The notes under the pieces: generated by a model
Database searches by the model: none
What the model was told of the DNA's origin: nothing
Seen by the model: only the letters and a program-made list of their open reading frames with translations
From: Abditibacteriaceae bacterium
GTDB taxonomy: Bacteria; Armatimonadota; Abditibacteriia; Abditibacteriales; Abditibacteriaceae
Direction: 5' to 3'
Assembly: GCA_965277285.1 (NCBI GenBank)
Contig: OZ255721.1
Span: forward strand, 3,744,001 to 3,808,000
DNA length: 64,000 nt
Program-made: the position numbers and the translations under genes
Part shown: piece by piece, positions 1 to 10,693 of the stretch
Numbering within the stretch: the first letter of the stretch is position 1
How the letters are laid out: each line of letters begins with the position of its first letter

Positions 1-2
1 AT

Positions 3-791
3 CGAGTACTCGAATGGCTCCAAAATACGGATATTTCTACCGTTGATATCACCGGCGGCGCGCCCGAACTCAATCCACACTTTCGCTATCTGGTCCAACA
101 ATTGAAAAGTTTTGCGCGCCCGATTCACGTCATGGACAGATGCAATCTGACGATTTTATTTGAGCCGAACCAAGGCGACTTAGCCGAGTTTTTAGCGCAT
201 CATCAGGTTGAAATCATCGCATCGTTGCCGTGTTACAGTTTGGAAAACGTTGATAAACAAAGGGGAAATGGTGTTTTCGACAAGAGTATTGCGGCGTTGC
301 AAAAGCTGAACGCGCTGGGTTATGGAACTGATTCTGCTTTGTCGTTGAACTTGGTTTACAATCCCGTTGGCGCCTTTTTGCCAGGCGCACAAAACGAACT
401 CGAAGCAGCATATAAAGACGAGTTGAGGAAGCATTTTGGGATCGTGTTCAACAACCTTTATGCTTTGACCAATATGCCGATTGCGCGTTTTGCGAACTTC
501 TTGAAACTGACGAATCAGAACGAAGAATATGCCAGCTTGCTCATTCAATCGTTTAACGTAGGCGCTGTCGAAGGTTTGATGTGCCGCGATACGATCAATG
601 TCGGTTGGCGCGGCGAAGTTTACGACTGCGATTTCAATGGAATGCTGGGTTTGCAATGGAAAAATGGCAAACCTTTGTTCTTGTGGGATATTGAACCGCA
701 AAATGTCGCAGGACGCGCGGTTGCAACGGGCGCACATTGTTTTGGTTGCACGGCGGGCGCGGGTTCAAGCTGCGGCGGCGCGACTGTTTAG
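3..791 (+). CDS. Radical SAM protein with Cys-rich C-terminus (ArsS-like/DUF3641), 5' truncated by the window edge
   Basis: Frame is open from position 3 (RVLEWL..VDITGGAPELNPHFR); ASLPCY, GLMCR, YDCDFN and HCFGCTAGAGSSCGG motifs. Confidence 0.85.
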   Translation, partial: RVLEWLQNTDISTVDITGGAPELNPHFRYLVQQLKSFARPIHVMDRCNLTILFEPNQGDLAEFLAHHQVEIIASLPCYSLENVDKQRGNGVFDKSIAALQKLNALGYGTDSALSLNLVYNPVGAFLPGAQNELEAAYKDELRKHFGIVFNNLYALTNMPIARFANFLKLTNQNEEYASLLIQSFNVGAVEGLMCRDTINVGWRGEVYDCDFNGMLGLQWKNGKPLFLWDIEPQNVAGRAVATGAHCFGCTAGAGSSCGGATV

Positions 792-886
792 AGAGTGTTC
801 TGGAAGCGGAACACGGAGGCTTCGCCCACACAGATTGAACGGATGAACACGGATCGGATCAAACCAGACGACATCTATGTTCCTTC

Positions 887-1190
887 GTGTCCAAAGGCCG
901 CGTCATGATTTTTCGCTCGCGTTTGCGCGAAGAACATCATTTCGAGTACTCGAAAGTGGCTGAAGAAACCGAGCGTTTGGCTCGCGCGCTGCCAAGTTTT
1001 GTTCAAGACTTTTGCGGCGCCGGATGGCGAGCGATGTTCGGTGGTCGAGTATTGGGAATTGCACAACGCGTGGGCACAACATCCGCACCATCGCACGACG
1101 CAAAAGTTGGGACGCGAAAAGTTCTACAGTGATTCTTCAATTTCTGTGGCGCAAGTTATACGCAGCCGCACTTTTATCTACATACAAGAT
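887..1190 (+). pseudogene. Frameshifted antibiotic biosynthesis monooxygenase (ABM)-like gene
   Basis: IFRSRLREEH..LARALPSF in one frame continues as FKTFAAPDGERCSVVE..WAQHPHH..QKLGREKFY in another; switch near 995-1002; the second frame runs into the nitroreductase without a stop. Confidence 0.65.
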
Positions 1191-1208
1191 CAATTTTTAG
1201 GAGACCGA

Positions 1209-1862
1209 ATGTCCGAATCGAATGTCGTACACGAAGATGTCAAAGCGAATCGCCAGGCCGCGCACGAGATTGACGCGACGTTTCTCAATCGCTGGTCGCC
1301 TTATGCGTTTTCGTCCGAACCGGTGGACGAAGAAGCCTTGATGAGCGCCCTTGAAGCGGCGCGTTGGGCGGCCAGTTCTTACAACGAACAGCCGTGGCGT
1401 TTTCTCATCGCGCGCAGCCCCGAAGATCACCAGAAATTCGTTGATTTTCTGCTGCCACAAAACCAGGCATGGGCGAAAAATGCGCCGGTTTTGTTGGTCG
1501 TTGTGACTAAGAAAACCTTCAGCCACAACGGTCAACCAAACGGTTGCCATCAATATGACGCAGGCACCGCATCCGGTTATTTGACATTTCAACTGACGCG
1601 AAATGGCCTGCATTCGCACGGCATGGCCGGTTTCGATAAGGAAATGGCGCGCGCAAGTTTGGGCATTCCAAGCGATTTTGAACCGATGGCGGTTTACGCG
1701 ATTGGACATCACGGTGATAAGTCGCAGTTGCCCGAAGCCATGCAGCAACGCGATTCCCCGAGCAGTCGCCGACCTTTGAGCGAAAGCGTCATGGAAGGCC
1801 ATTTTATCGAGCCGAAAGAAGAGAAAGCTGAAGCCGATACCATCACACCGGATGTGAAATGA
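1209..1862 (+). CDS. Nitroreductase family protein
   Basis: RWSPYAF, AARWAASSYNEQPWRF, HGMAGFD; AGGAG upstream of ATG 1209. Confidence 0.9.
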   Translation: MSESNVVHEDVKANRQAAHEIDATFLNRWSPYAFSSEPVDEEALMSALEAARWAASSYNEQPWRFLIARSPEDHQKFVDFLLPQNQAWAKNAPVLLVVVTKKTFSHNGQPNGCHQYDAGTASGYLTFQLTRNGLHSHGMAGFDKEMARASLGIPSDFEPMAVYAIGHHGDKSQLPEAMQQRDSPSSRRPLSESVMEGHFIEPKEEKAEADTITPDVK

Positions 1863-2737
1863 CGACTTTCAATCGAGTACTCGTTACCGGCGCCAACGGC
1901 CAACTGGCGCAAGCGATCCTTCGTTTCGCGCCCGAAAAATCGGACTGTATCGGCTTGACACGAACTCAACTCGATATTTGCGACCGCGAACACGTCGCGC
2001 GCGTTTTCGACGAAGTGAAACCAAACCTCGTGATCAACGGTGCGGCGTATAACTTGGTCGATAAAGCCGAAAGCGATGGGCAGGGCGACGCTTTGCGTGT
2101 CAATGCGCAGGGCGTCGCCGCGCTTGCCGAAGCCTGCAAAAAAGCCGACGTTCCACTGGTGCATTTCTCGACCGATTTCGTCTTCGATGGCGAAAAGCGA
2201 ACTCCTTACACCGAAACTGATTGCCCGCGTCCTTTGGGCGTTTATGCAGCTTCCAAACTGGCCGGCGAACACATCGCGCTGTCATCGAGTACTCGAAACC
2301 TGGCGATTCGTGTGTGCCGCGTCTTCGGCCCGCTTGAACACGGCGGCAGCACGCAAAAACCGGCGGGAAATTTCCCGTTGTTGATGATGAAACTGGGCCG
2401 CGAGCGCGACAAACTGCGCGTCGTCAACGACCAGATCGGAACGCCGTCACACACGCACGACCTGGCGAAAGCTTTATGGCAATTGGTTCAAAACGAGCAA
2501 GCTGGACTGTTTCACCTGTCAAACGCCGGAGAAGTCGCCTTCGATGAATACGCGCGCGAAGTGTTTCGCTTGGCGAACATCAACTGCGAAGTCGAATCCA
2601 TTTCCAGTCAGGAATACGGCGCGCCTGCACGTCGGCCTTTGTATTCGACCTTGAGCAACGACAAAGCTCATTCTGTTGGCGTCACGCCATTGCGCCATTG
2701 GAAAGACGCGTTGCGCGAATTTGTCGAAAGTTCGTAA
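1859..2737 (+). CDS. rfbD: dTDP-4-dehydrorhamnose reductase
   Basis: VLVTGANGQL, HFSTDFVFDG, YAASKLAGE, VVNDQIGTP, PARRPLYS. Confidence 0.92.
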   Translation: MTTFNRVLVTGANGQLAQAILRFAPEKSDCIGLTRTQLDICDREHVARVFDEVKPNLVINGAAYNLVDKAESDGQGDALRVNAQGVAALAEACKKADVPLVHFSTDFVFDGEKRTPYTETDCPRPLGVYAASKLAGEHIALSSSTRNLAIRVCRVFGPLEHGGSTQKPAGNFPLLMMKLGRERDKLRVVNDQIGTPSHTHDLAKALWQLVQNEQAGLFHLSNAGEVAFDEYAREVFRLANINCEVESISSQEYGAPARRPLYSTLSNDKAHSVGVTPLRHWKDALREFVESS

Positions 2738-3082
2738 AGGAGAAGCAATTGGTCAACACTCTTGCTTCTTCTTTATTTGGCATCTAAATCTCGTCTGGTT
2801 TTTGGGAGAAAGAGATAAAGTTCCATAGCCTTCCACGGCGAGGTGATTGGATCAAACTCCGAAACAAAGAAATGGGCGACTACTTTGCCTTTCAAGTTAA
2901 GCAAGTCACTCATCAAGAAGAGGGCTTACCAGAACTCATGCTTGATGTTCTAAAATGCAGTGAAACGGAATACTAATTGTTTGAAGAAAAAGAGCTTGAT
3001 GAGTATGTTACGTCGTATGTAGCAGAAGGATGGATGCTGAAGTCTCGCAATGAAAACAGACTTTATCAAAACCATAGTCAGT

Positions 3083-3132
3083 AAACTAAAAAGTGCACCA
3101 ATCGAGTACTCGATTGGTGCACTTTTTAGTTT
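3083..3132. terminator. Perfect 50-bp palindrome centred on the iterated motif; probable terminator
   Basis: AAACTAAAAAGTGCACCAATCGAGT/ACTCGATTGGTGCACTTTTTAGTTT just downstream of the stop of 3137..3586(-). Confidence 0.7.
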
Positions 3133-3136
3133 GATG

Positions 3137-3586
3137 TCAGCTTTCTTCACTGCGCATTTGCACATCATCAACGGTGCCGTAAATATCGCCGTTATCGCTA
3201 ATGACCAAAGCGTCGTTCGCAATTAAAACCGGCAGTTGCGATAGGCCTTGCAAAAATTGCGTTAGCTTGTCGCCCGAAGTCGCCAAGGCTTCTTCGCGGC
3301 AATAAACCACAATCAGTTGATGCTCGAAGTGCGAAGCGACGCGTCCGCGCAGAAATCCATCGTAATCGGGTTCATCGTCAAGAATATGCTCATAACCGCG
3401 CGGCGTGTTCTTCAGATGCGAATCGCGCGCGTTATGAAGTTTGCCGTCCGGATAAATCCAGAACACGAAATCGGGATCACGGTGCGTGAACTCTTTGATC
3501 GCGTTGCGACGCCTGCGAAACTTTTCCGCCAGAAACGGAAAAGTTTCAGCCGCTTCTTCGCGCGCCATAGAGCCAATTGAGATCAT
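3137..3586 (-). CDS. Hypothetical protein
   Basis: 149-aa ORF directly downstream of the ThuA gene, followed by a hairpin. Confidence 0.7.
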   Translation of the reverse strand: MISIGSMAREEAAETFPFLAEKFRRRRNAIKEFTHRDPDFVFWIYPDGKLHNARDSHLKNTPRGYEHILDDEPDYDGFLRGRVASHFEHQLIVVYCREEALATSGDKLTQFLQGLSQLPVLIANDALVISDNGDIYGTVDDVQMRSEES

Positions 3587-3589
3587 GAT

Positions 3590-4360
3590 TTACGAACGTC
3601 GAGCGCACCACAAAACGGCGTTGTGCAGAACTTTTTGCACGTTTTCGTTGTGGTATGTGCCAACAGTTTCGTGGCCTGGACGGAAATAGAAAACGCGACC
3701 AACGCCTTCGCCTTGATTAGCGCCCATGCCTTTGCCGGACGTGAACTCTTCGTCAATGCCTTTGCCAACCGTGACCGTGAAACCGCACGGGAAATATTCG
3801 CCGCCATGCGGGAAATACGATTGAAAAACCAAGGTTTGAAATGGCGGTGCGCCAAAAGGCGAACCATACATTTCTTCTTTGTCCAACACAAAATCTTCGA
3901 TGCCTTGCGCAATCGGATGACGCGGCGCGCAAACCGTGACTTCTTCGGCTTCAAAACCTTCGATTTCTCGCCATCCGCCTTTAAGATGACCCGTCGCGCC
4001 AAGCACTTGACGGTACGTTTTCGAGTAATGTCCCGAATGCAAGGGCATAAATCCCAATCCGTTCTCGTGGACAGCGCGACGCACGAGTTCAGCGGTTTCG
4101 TCCGTCACTTCGCCGTGACGTTGGTGGCCCCACCAGAGCAGCACGTCAGTGTTGGCCAGCGCTTCTTCTGTAATACCTTGCGAAGCGTCATCAAGATTCG
4201 CGGTGGTAGCCACGATCTGACCGGCGCCCAGTTTGTTCAAGGCATCGGCGATAGCACCGTTTAGGCTGTTCGGATAAAGTTCTTTGGAAGCGTGCGAGGG
4301 ATGTTCATCCCAGACGAGGACGCGTACAGGCGCGAAAGCAACATTAGACATAGTTGGCAT
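3590..4360 (-). CDS. ThuA-like (trehalose utilization) domain protein
   Basis: DVLLWWGH, LHSGHYSK, EEMYG, GRVFYFRPGHET; AGGAG RBS. Confidence 0.88.
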   Translation of the reverse strand: MPTMSNVAFAPVRVLVWDEHPSHASKELYPNSLNGAIADALNKLGAGQIVATTANLDDASQGITEEALANTDVLLWWGHQRHGEVTDETAELVRRAVHENGLGFMPLHSGHYSKTYRQVLGATGHLKGGWREIEGFEAEEVTVCAPRHPIAQGIEDFVLDKEEMYGSPFGAPPFQTLVFQSYFPHGGEYFPCGFTVTVGKGIDEEFTSGKGMGANQGEGVGRVFYFRPGHETVGTYHNENVQKVLHNAVLWCARRS

Positions 4361-4441
4361 CTCCTAAAGGTTTGAACGCAGTTTAATCGAGTACTCGATT
4401 TGCGAACACAAAAATATTTCTAAAAAGTTTTCTGAAAAGCC

Positions 4442-4470
4442 TTGACGCACCCCGGCAAAGTCCCTATAAT
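4442..4470 (+). promoter_or_regulatory. rRNA promoter P1 (sigma70 type)
   Basis: TTGACG-17 bp-TATAAT with an A/T-rich upstream element. Confidence 0.8.
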
Positions 4471-4674
4471 CTTCTCTTGTCCGATGATGCGATTCGCTCT
4501 TCTTTGTGAAGACATCGCAAAAACGAGACGGAACCTTGACGAACATTCGACGTTTGTAACTTCACCAAGCAGTTACTCCTCAGCCGCAAACTACTGAAGC
4601 CAAATCCCAGCAACGGGTCAAGTTCATTCAGCAAGTGCTTCAAAAAAAGTTGAAAAACTTTTTTCTGAAAAGCC

Positions 4675-4703
4675 TTGACACGCTCTGAAGAGTCCGGTAG
4701 AAT
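4675..4703 (+). promoter_or_regulatory. rRNA promoter P2 (sigma70 type)
   Basis: TTGACA-17 bp-TAGAAT; shares TTTTCTGAAAAGCCTTGAC with P1. Confidence 0.8.
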
Positions 4704-4761
4704 TACTCCTTGCCTGTCACGAAGAACGCTTCAAAAACAAGCGTAAAACGAGATGCGGCGC

Positions 4762-4790
4762 GCTCTTTGAAAACTGAATAGTGTTTTACG
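4762..4790 (+). promoter_or_regulatory. boxA-like element and 5' arm of the 16S processing stem
   Basis: GCTCTTTGAAAACTGAATAGTGTTTT pairs with AAAACATTATTCAGTTTTCA at about 6591-6611. Confidence 0.7.
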
Positions 4791-4955
4791 AACAAAAAAG
4801 CCAGTGTTGTTTTTGTTGCTTTATTGAGCAATGAAAACAATGCAAAAATTGATGTGCGAGCTTCAGGTCATTAAAGTCTTCTTTTACTTTCGAGTAATTG
4901 AAGCAACTCCAAAACTGCTGACGATTTTAACTTCGGTTGAATGAATCACCTTTTT

Positions 4956-6482
<1,527 letters not shown>

Positions 6483-6631
6483 GGAGCAACTTCAAGTAAT
6501 GCCCAAGACTTCGGTCTTTCGCATGAACGACATCAGCTCAGAATCTTCTCAAACATCAAGGGCTTCTCGTTCTGACCTGAGCGAGAATCGCAAAACATTA
6601 TTCAGTTTTCAGTGTGCGAGTCGCACACAAA

Positions 6632-6671
6632 CATAAAGCCGCTTATCGAGTACTCGATAAGCGGCTTTATG
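6632..6671 (+). terminator. Perfect 40-bp palindrome centred on the iterated motif; probable 16S transcript terminator
   Basis: CATAAAGCCGCTTATCGAGT/ACTCGATAAGCGGCTTTATG directly after the 3' processing arm. Confidence 0.7.
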
Positions 6672-6675
6672 CGTT

Positions 6676-7588
6676 ATGATTGAAATTATGATTCGATTCA
6701 AAACTGCCTTGCTTGTCCTATGCGTTTTTCTTTCATGCGGCTTGTTTTCTTCTAAGCCGATGGCAAGGGCGGCAGTTGGTGAATCTCCACGGCCGCCATA
6801 CCAAGAGCCGTATCGAGAAGAATTGCGTTCACCCAATGGACGATGGGCGTTGAGTTCTCCGCCTGCTTACAATTCGCCAGCGGCCTTATTGGTTTGGAGC
6901 GTTCGCAGCAGGAAATTGTTGAAGAAAATTTCGTTTCCTTGGAGTTACCTAACACCATTGGCTTATTCGCGTTCAGGTCGTTTTTTGCGACCAGCGGGGA
7001 AACTGGCTCGCAAGATCGTATTTATTCACAGGTTTGGGGTGCGCGGACGTGGCGCTCCATTCTTTCTCTAGAAGATTCAGTGAGTGACTCGAGTGAAGAA
7101 GCTTATCTTGGACGTTTTTCCGATGATGGCAAGGTTTTGACAACAGTCAATTACAACCACATTGAAAAGTGGAAGTTGCGGGATGGAAAGCGTTTCAAAA
7201 CGATTCCTTTAGAATTCGCTGCAACGGACGAAGATGGTATAGAAGCAAAAATATCGACGAGTGGTTCGTTGTTGTTGATGGCAACAGGTTTTCGTATCGC
7301 ATTGATGGAAACGAGCGATGGCAAAGTTTTGCAACAATTCAATCGGCATACATATAACAATTCCCTGACTCTTTCGCCCGATGAAAAACTGGTGGCGGAA
7401 ACGGATTTCAAAAATCGTCTGCGCGTCTGGGAAACGCGAACCGGCAAAACTTTGTGGGAACTGAGTCCAAACGACGCGACTACGGTTTTTAGCGACAACT
7501 CGCAGCGCCTCAAGTTTTTACTTGGAAGGAAAAGGCCGTGAGGAATGCGCGAACCGGCGCTGTCGTTCCTCAATCGAGTACTCGATAA
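6676..7588 (+). pseudogene. Secreted WD40/beta-propeller protein, frameshifted
   Basis: Signal peptide and SPNGRW/AYSRSGRF repeats, frame switch at the T6 run 6981-6986 into FSDDGK/LSPDEK/VWETRTG repeats; possible second switch at the T5 run 7515-7519. Confidence 0.65.
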
Positions 7589-7619
7589 TCGGCTTTTTGC
7601 GTTGAGCTATCTTCGCTTG

Positions 7620-8114
7620 TCAGGTTTCTACGTTGTCTTCCTCCTGCTCCCGTAACAATTCGAGCAATTGGCTGGCGAACGTTTTTGTTTCTGCGTCTTT
7701 CTGCGGATGAGCAATAATAGCATGGATCAGCGGAAGAAGTTTTTCTATTTCTTGTGCGAGAAGCGCACTCACTTTTGTTCGATAACTGTTTGAATCTTCT
7801 ATGTACTCGTATCCAGGTTCTGGCGAGAAGCAAGTGCCGAGTTCCATCAATGCGTTGAGAACACCAACTTGTGACGAATTGCTACCGTCTGTGAGAATCT
7901 CACTGAGAAAAGTAAACGTATGGAGAACCGCTGGATAGTACGTTCCCGCGTGATTATTGCCAACCGCAGATAAAAAGTCCATGTAAGCATCGTGCCAACC
8001 CGATTCGTAATTGCAAGCAGCTAACTTGAGTAACGAATTTGGAATAGCGTCCGCTTTGTTCCATTCTGGTTGAGAGAGCAGCGCCCATTGAATTGTGTCC
8101 AAGGTTTCAAGCAT
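7620..8114 (-). CDS. Hypothetical protein
   Basis: ORF from ATG 8114 (MLETLDTIQW); lower GC than core genes. Confidence 0.65.
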   Translation of the reverse strand: MLETLDTIQWALLSQPEWNKADAIPNSLLKLAACNYESGWHDAYMDFLSAVGNNHAGTYYPAVLHTFTFLSEILTDGSNSSQVGVLNALMELGTCFSPEPGYEYIEDSNSYRTKVSALLAQEIEKLLPLIHAIIAHPQKDAETKTFASQLLELLREQEEDNVET

Positions 8115-8163
8115 GAGCGGAGTTTTACCTAATCCCTGACACAGAAAATGTTGTAGGCGGAAC

Positions 8164-8201
8164 TGTCGTTGTGCAATTGAGTACTCGATTGCACAACGAC
8201 A
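8164..8201 (-). terminator. 38-bp near-perfect palindrome centred on a motif variant
   Basis: TGTCGTTGTGCAATTGAGT/ACTCGATTGCACAACGACA, one mismatch, 10 bp after the NmrA-like stop. Confidence 0.65.
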
Positions 8202-8211
8202 ATTAATCTTT

Positions 8212-9090
8212 TCAGAAAGCGGCTGCAAATTCCTTTGCAAAATCTTCCAGCTTGACTTTGCCCATAACTACTGAATTTTGCAGCCTATAATCCTGTTGCA
8301 ATAGGCCGCTGTGAATACTGGCGCCCATTTCAACAAAGAGGGCGGCAATTTCTGCTGGCAGACCGTGCTGTTCCATACCGCTTTGCATTTGCTCATCGGT
8401 GAAAGTCATCCATTGTAAATCCGGCTTGCCAATGGCCGCACCTAAGATGTGAGCTGCCTCGTTAGCCGTATATTCGCCGCTTGCTACGTAACGCACGTTC
8501 TGGCCAGTCGAGGGAGTTGTTAATTCTTCGGCAGCGACGGCGGCAATGTCTGTGGGGGCAACCATCAGAATCTTGTCGTCACCGCCATAATTTGCGCCAA
8601 TAAAGCCCTGCCCTTTGATCATATCGGCAAAGTTGAGAAGATTGGTGTAGAAGTAGGCCGGGCGCAGATGCGTGATGGCGACTTCTGGCAACTCGTTCAA
8701 AATGCCTTCGACATCGTGAGCGCCGAGAATTGGGCCTGTGCCTTTGTCTAAATGAGCGCCAATGCTGCTGAGATGAACCACGCGCTTTAAGCCCGCCCGT
8801 TGGATTGCCTGCGCATAGCTGTTGCCGATGCTCCGGTAATACGCTCTCGGATCGGGCACGGAAAAGTTCGGCGGCGTCATCGCATATACGGCATCGGCGC
8901 CGGAGAAGGTGGACGCCAGGAAATCTGCGTCTTCCACGGAGCCAATGGCAGCGGTGGCGCCCAGGGCTTCGATGTCTTTTTGCTTTTCCGCCTTGCTGCT
9001 GATCACCGTAACCGTATGACCTTTTTGCACTAATTCTTGTGTCAATGGCTTGCTGATGTTTCCCAGCGAACCTGTTACTATAATTTTCAT
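8212..9090 (-). CDS. NmrA-like NAD(P)-binding protein
   Basis: MKIIVTGSLGNI Rossmann start, VHLSSIGA, LRPAYFY. Confidence 0.88.
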   Translation of the reverse strand: MKIIVTGSLGNISKPLTQELVQKGHTVTVISSKAEKQKDIEALGATAAIGSVEDADFLASTFSGADAVYAMTPPNFSVPDPRAYYRSIGNSYAQAIQRAGLKRVVHLSSIGAHLDKGTGPILGAHDVEGILNELPEVAITHLRPAYFYTNLLNFADMIKGQGFIGANYGGDDKILMVAPTDIAAVAAEELTTPSTGQNVRYVASGEYTANEAAHILGAAIGKPDLQWMTFTDEQMQSGMEQHGLPAEIAALFVEMGASIHSGLLQQDYRLQNSVVMGKVKLEDFAKEFAAAF

Positions 9091-9233
9091 CGGTAGTTCC
9101 TTTTGTTTGCAAAAGTTTCGTTTTCTGTCTTTATCGCAACCCTCCTTTAGCATACCTTAGCGAACCGATTATCGAGTACTCGATAATCGATTTTGCGCGT
9201 TTGTCACTCACATCAGATGTAAAATAAACATCT

Positions 9234-10556
9234 ATGACAAAGGTTTCGGTGCGTCGCAAGATTTCGTTGACGAAGACGGATTGGTTGGCGGCTCTGGTGG
9301 GCGGCGTTGGTGGCTTTCTCGGGTTTATCGTTGCCAGTATTGCGATGAGTCCTTTTTTTGCAGAATCGGGATTGCACTTTAGAAGTCTGGGGCAGGCGTT
9401 GCTTTATGCTTCTATGTTGTCGATGGTTTCGGGCGCAGTTCTTAGTTGCGTCATTTTGGCGTTTGATAACACGCAAAGTTTGCGCGGAAAATGGCATCGT
9501 GATTTATTGCGAGGCTTGCCGTTATTTGCCACTTTCGGATTCCTGAGCGGCGGCGTTGGTCAGTTGGTTTTTTCGCTGATACCGCTGACGCGCGCCGGAG
9601 CGTGGATTTTGATCGGCACCAGCATCGGCGTTGGCATCGGCTTGCTGCGGCGCGACAAAGTACAGGCCAAGCAAGGTGCGCTGGGCGGCGCGCTGGGCGG
9701 TCTCATCGGCGGCGTGCTGGTCGATGTGATTATGCGTTTTTCCTTTACTGAAGGCGCGCTCGCCTGGGGAACGTTGTTCGGCATCATCATTATTGGCGCG
9801 TTGATCGCTTTGGTGATGCGATTGGTGCAAAGCGCGTTCAGGGAAGCGTGGCTGGTCGGCGTTTCGACCGGGCCGTATGAAGGCAAAACCTATCCCTTGA
9901 ACACCGAACGCGTGACGGTCGGGCGCTCGGAGGGGAACAATATCTCGCTTTATCGCGCGTCCGAGTTGCAAATGCAAAGTGGCGCGCTGGTTTTTCAAAA
10001 TGGGAAATGGTCGTGGCAGGGCGAACCTGTCGAAATCAACGGGCAAAGGCAGACCAATGTCGAATTGCAAGCGGAAGATTCGCTGCGTTTCGGCGGCACG
10101 ACTTTCCGTTTCAAACTGCGCTCTGGAGAACCATCAACAGCGCGGCAATTGCCCGATGTCGCCCCGATTCCTACAATTGCTCCGGCGTTTGCGCCTCAAT
10201 CAACCGCGAATGTTGTTCCTCCGATGCCGATGCGTTCATCGAATAGTTCCATAAATGCAAACAATCCGGTGTGGATTTTTAGCGGTTCAGATTATCTGAC
10301 GAGAACCTTGACTTCGCCGATGCAACTGCGTTTGGGACGCGCGCCGCACAACGACATCGTGCTGGAAGACATCAGCGCTTCGGGCGAACACGCTTTGATT
10401 GAAGCGCAGGGCGATTTCGTCAAAGTGACCGATTTAGGTTCGACGAACGGAACTTTCATCAACGACCGCAAACTACGCAGCGGCGTAGCGACCTTGTTGC
10501 GCGAAGGCGACCAATTGCTGATCGGACGCCTTCAGTACACGATTCGGCGCCAATGA
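9234..10556 (+). CDS. Membrane protein with tandem C-terminal FHA domains
   Basis: Multiple Gly-rich TM segments; VGRSEGNNI and LGRAPHNDI..SGEHA..DLGSTNGTFIN. Confidence 0.85.
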   Translation: MTKVSVRRKISLTKTDWLAALVGGVGGFLGFIVASIAMSPFFAESGLHFRSLGQALLYASMLSMVSGAVLSCVILAFDNTQSLRGKWHRDLLRGLPLFATFGFLSGGVGQLVFSLIPLTRAGAWILIGTSIGVGIGLLRRDKVQAKQGALGGALGGLIGGVLVDVIMRFSFTEGALAWGTLFGIIIIGALIALVMRLVQSAFREAWLVGVSTGPYEGKTYPLNTERVTVGRSEGNNISLYRASELQMQSGALVFQNGKWSWQGEPVEINGQRQTNVELQAEDSLRFGGTTFRFKLRSGEPSTARQLPDVAPIPTIAPAFAPQSTANVVPPMPMRSSNSSINANNPVWIFSGSDYLTRTLTSPMQLRLGRAPHNDIVLEDISASGEHALIEAQGDFVKVTDLGSTNGTFINDRKLRSGVATLLREGDQLLIGRLQYTIRRQ

Positions 10557-10693
10557 CTAAACGCCAATCGAGTACTCGATACTCAACTTTTGAAGGGCGT
10601 GAGCAAAGCGCGCCGGAACGTTCTGACATGCGGGACGTTGGCTTTGCGGTTCGTAAAACTTAAGCAAGATTTTTCTTATTTCATTTCTTCTGA

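Noticed and set aside
2740..3080. AT-rich segment after rfbD as a gene
   Set aside because: No convincing ORF or recognisable motif; possibly a remnant.
6483..6630. Spacer tRNA or start of 23S after the 16S gene
   Set aside because: Only short hairpins and the processing-stem arm are visible; no cloverleaf or 23S 5' sequence.
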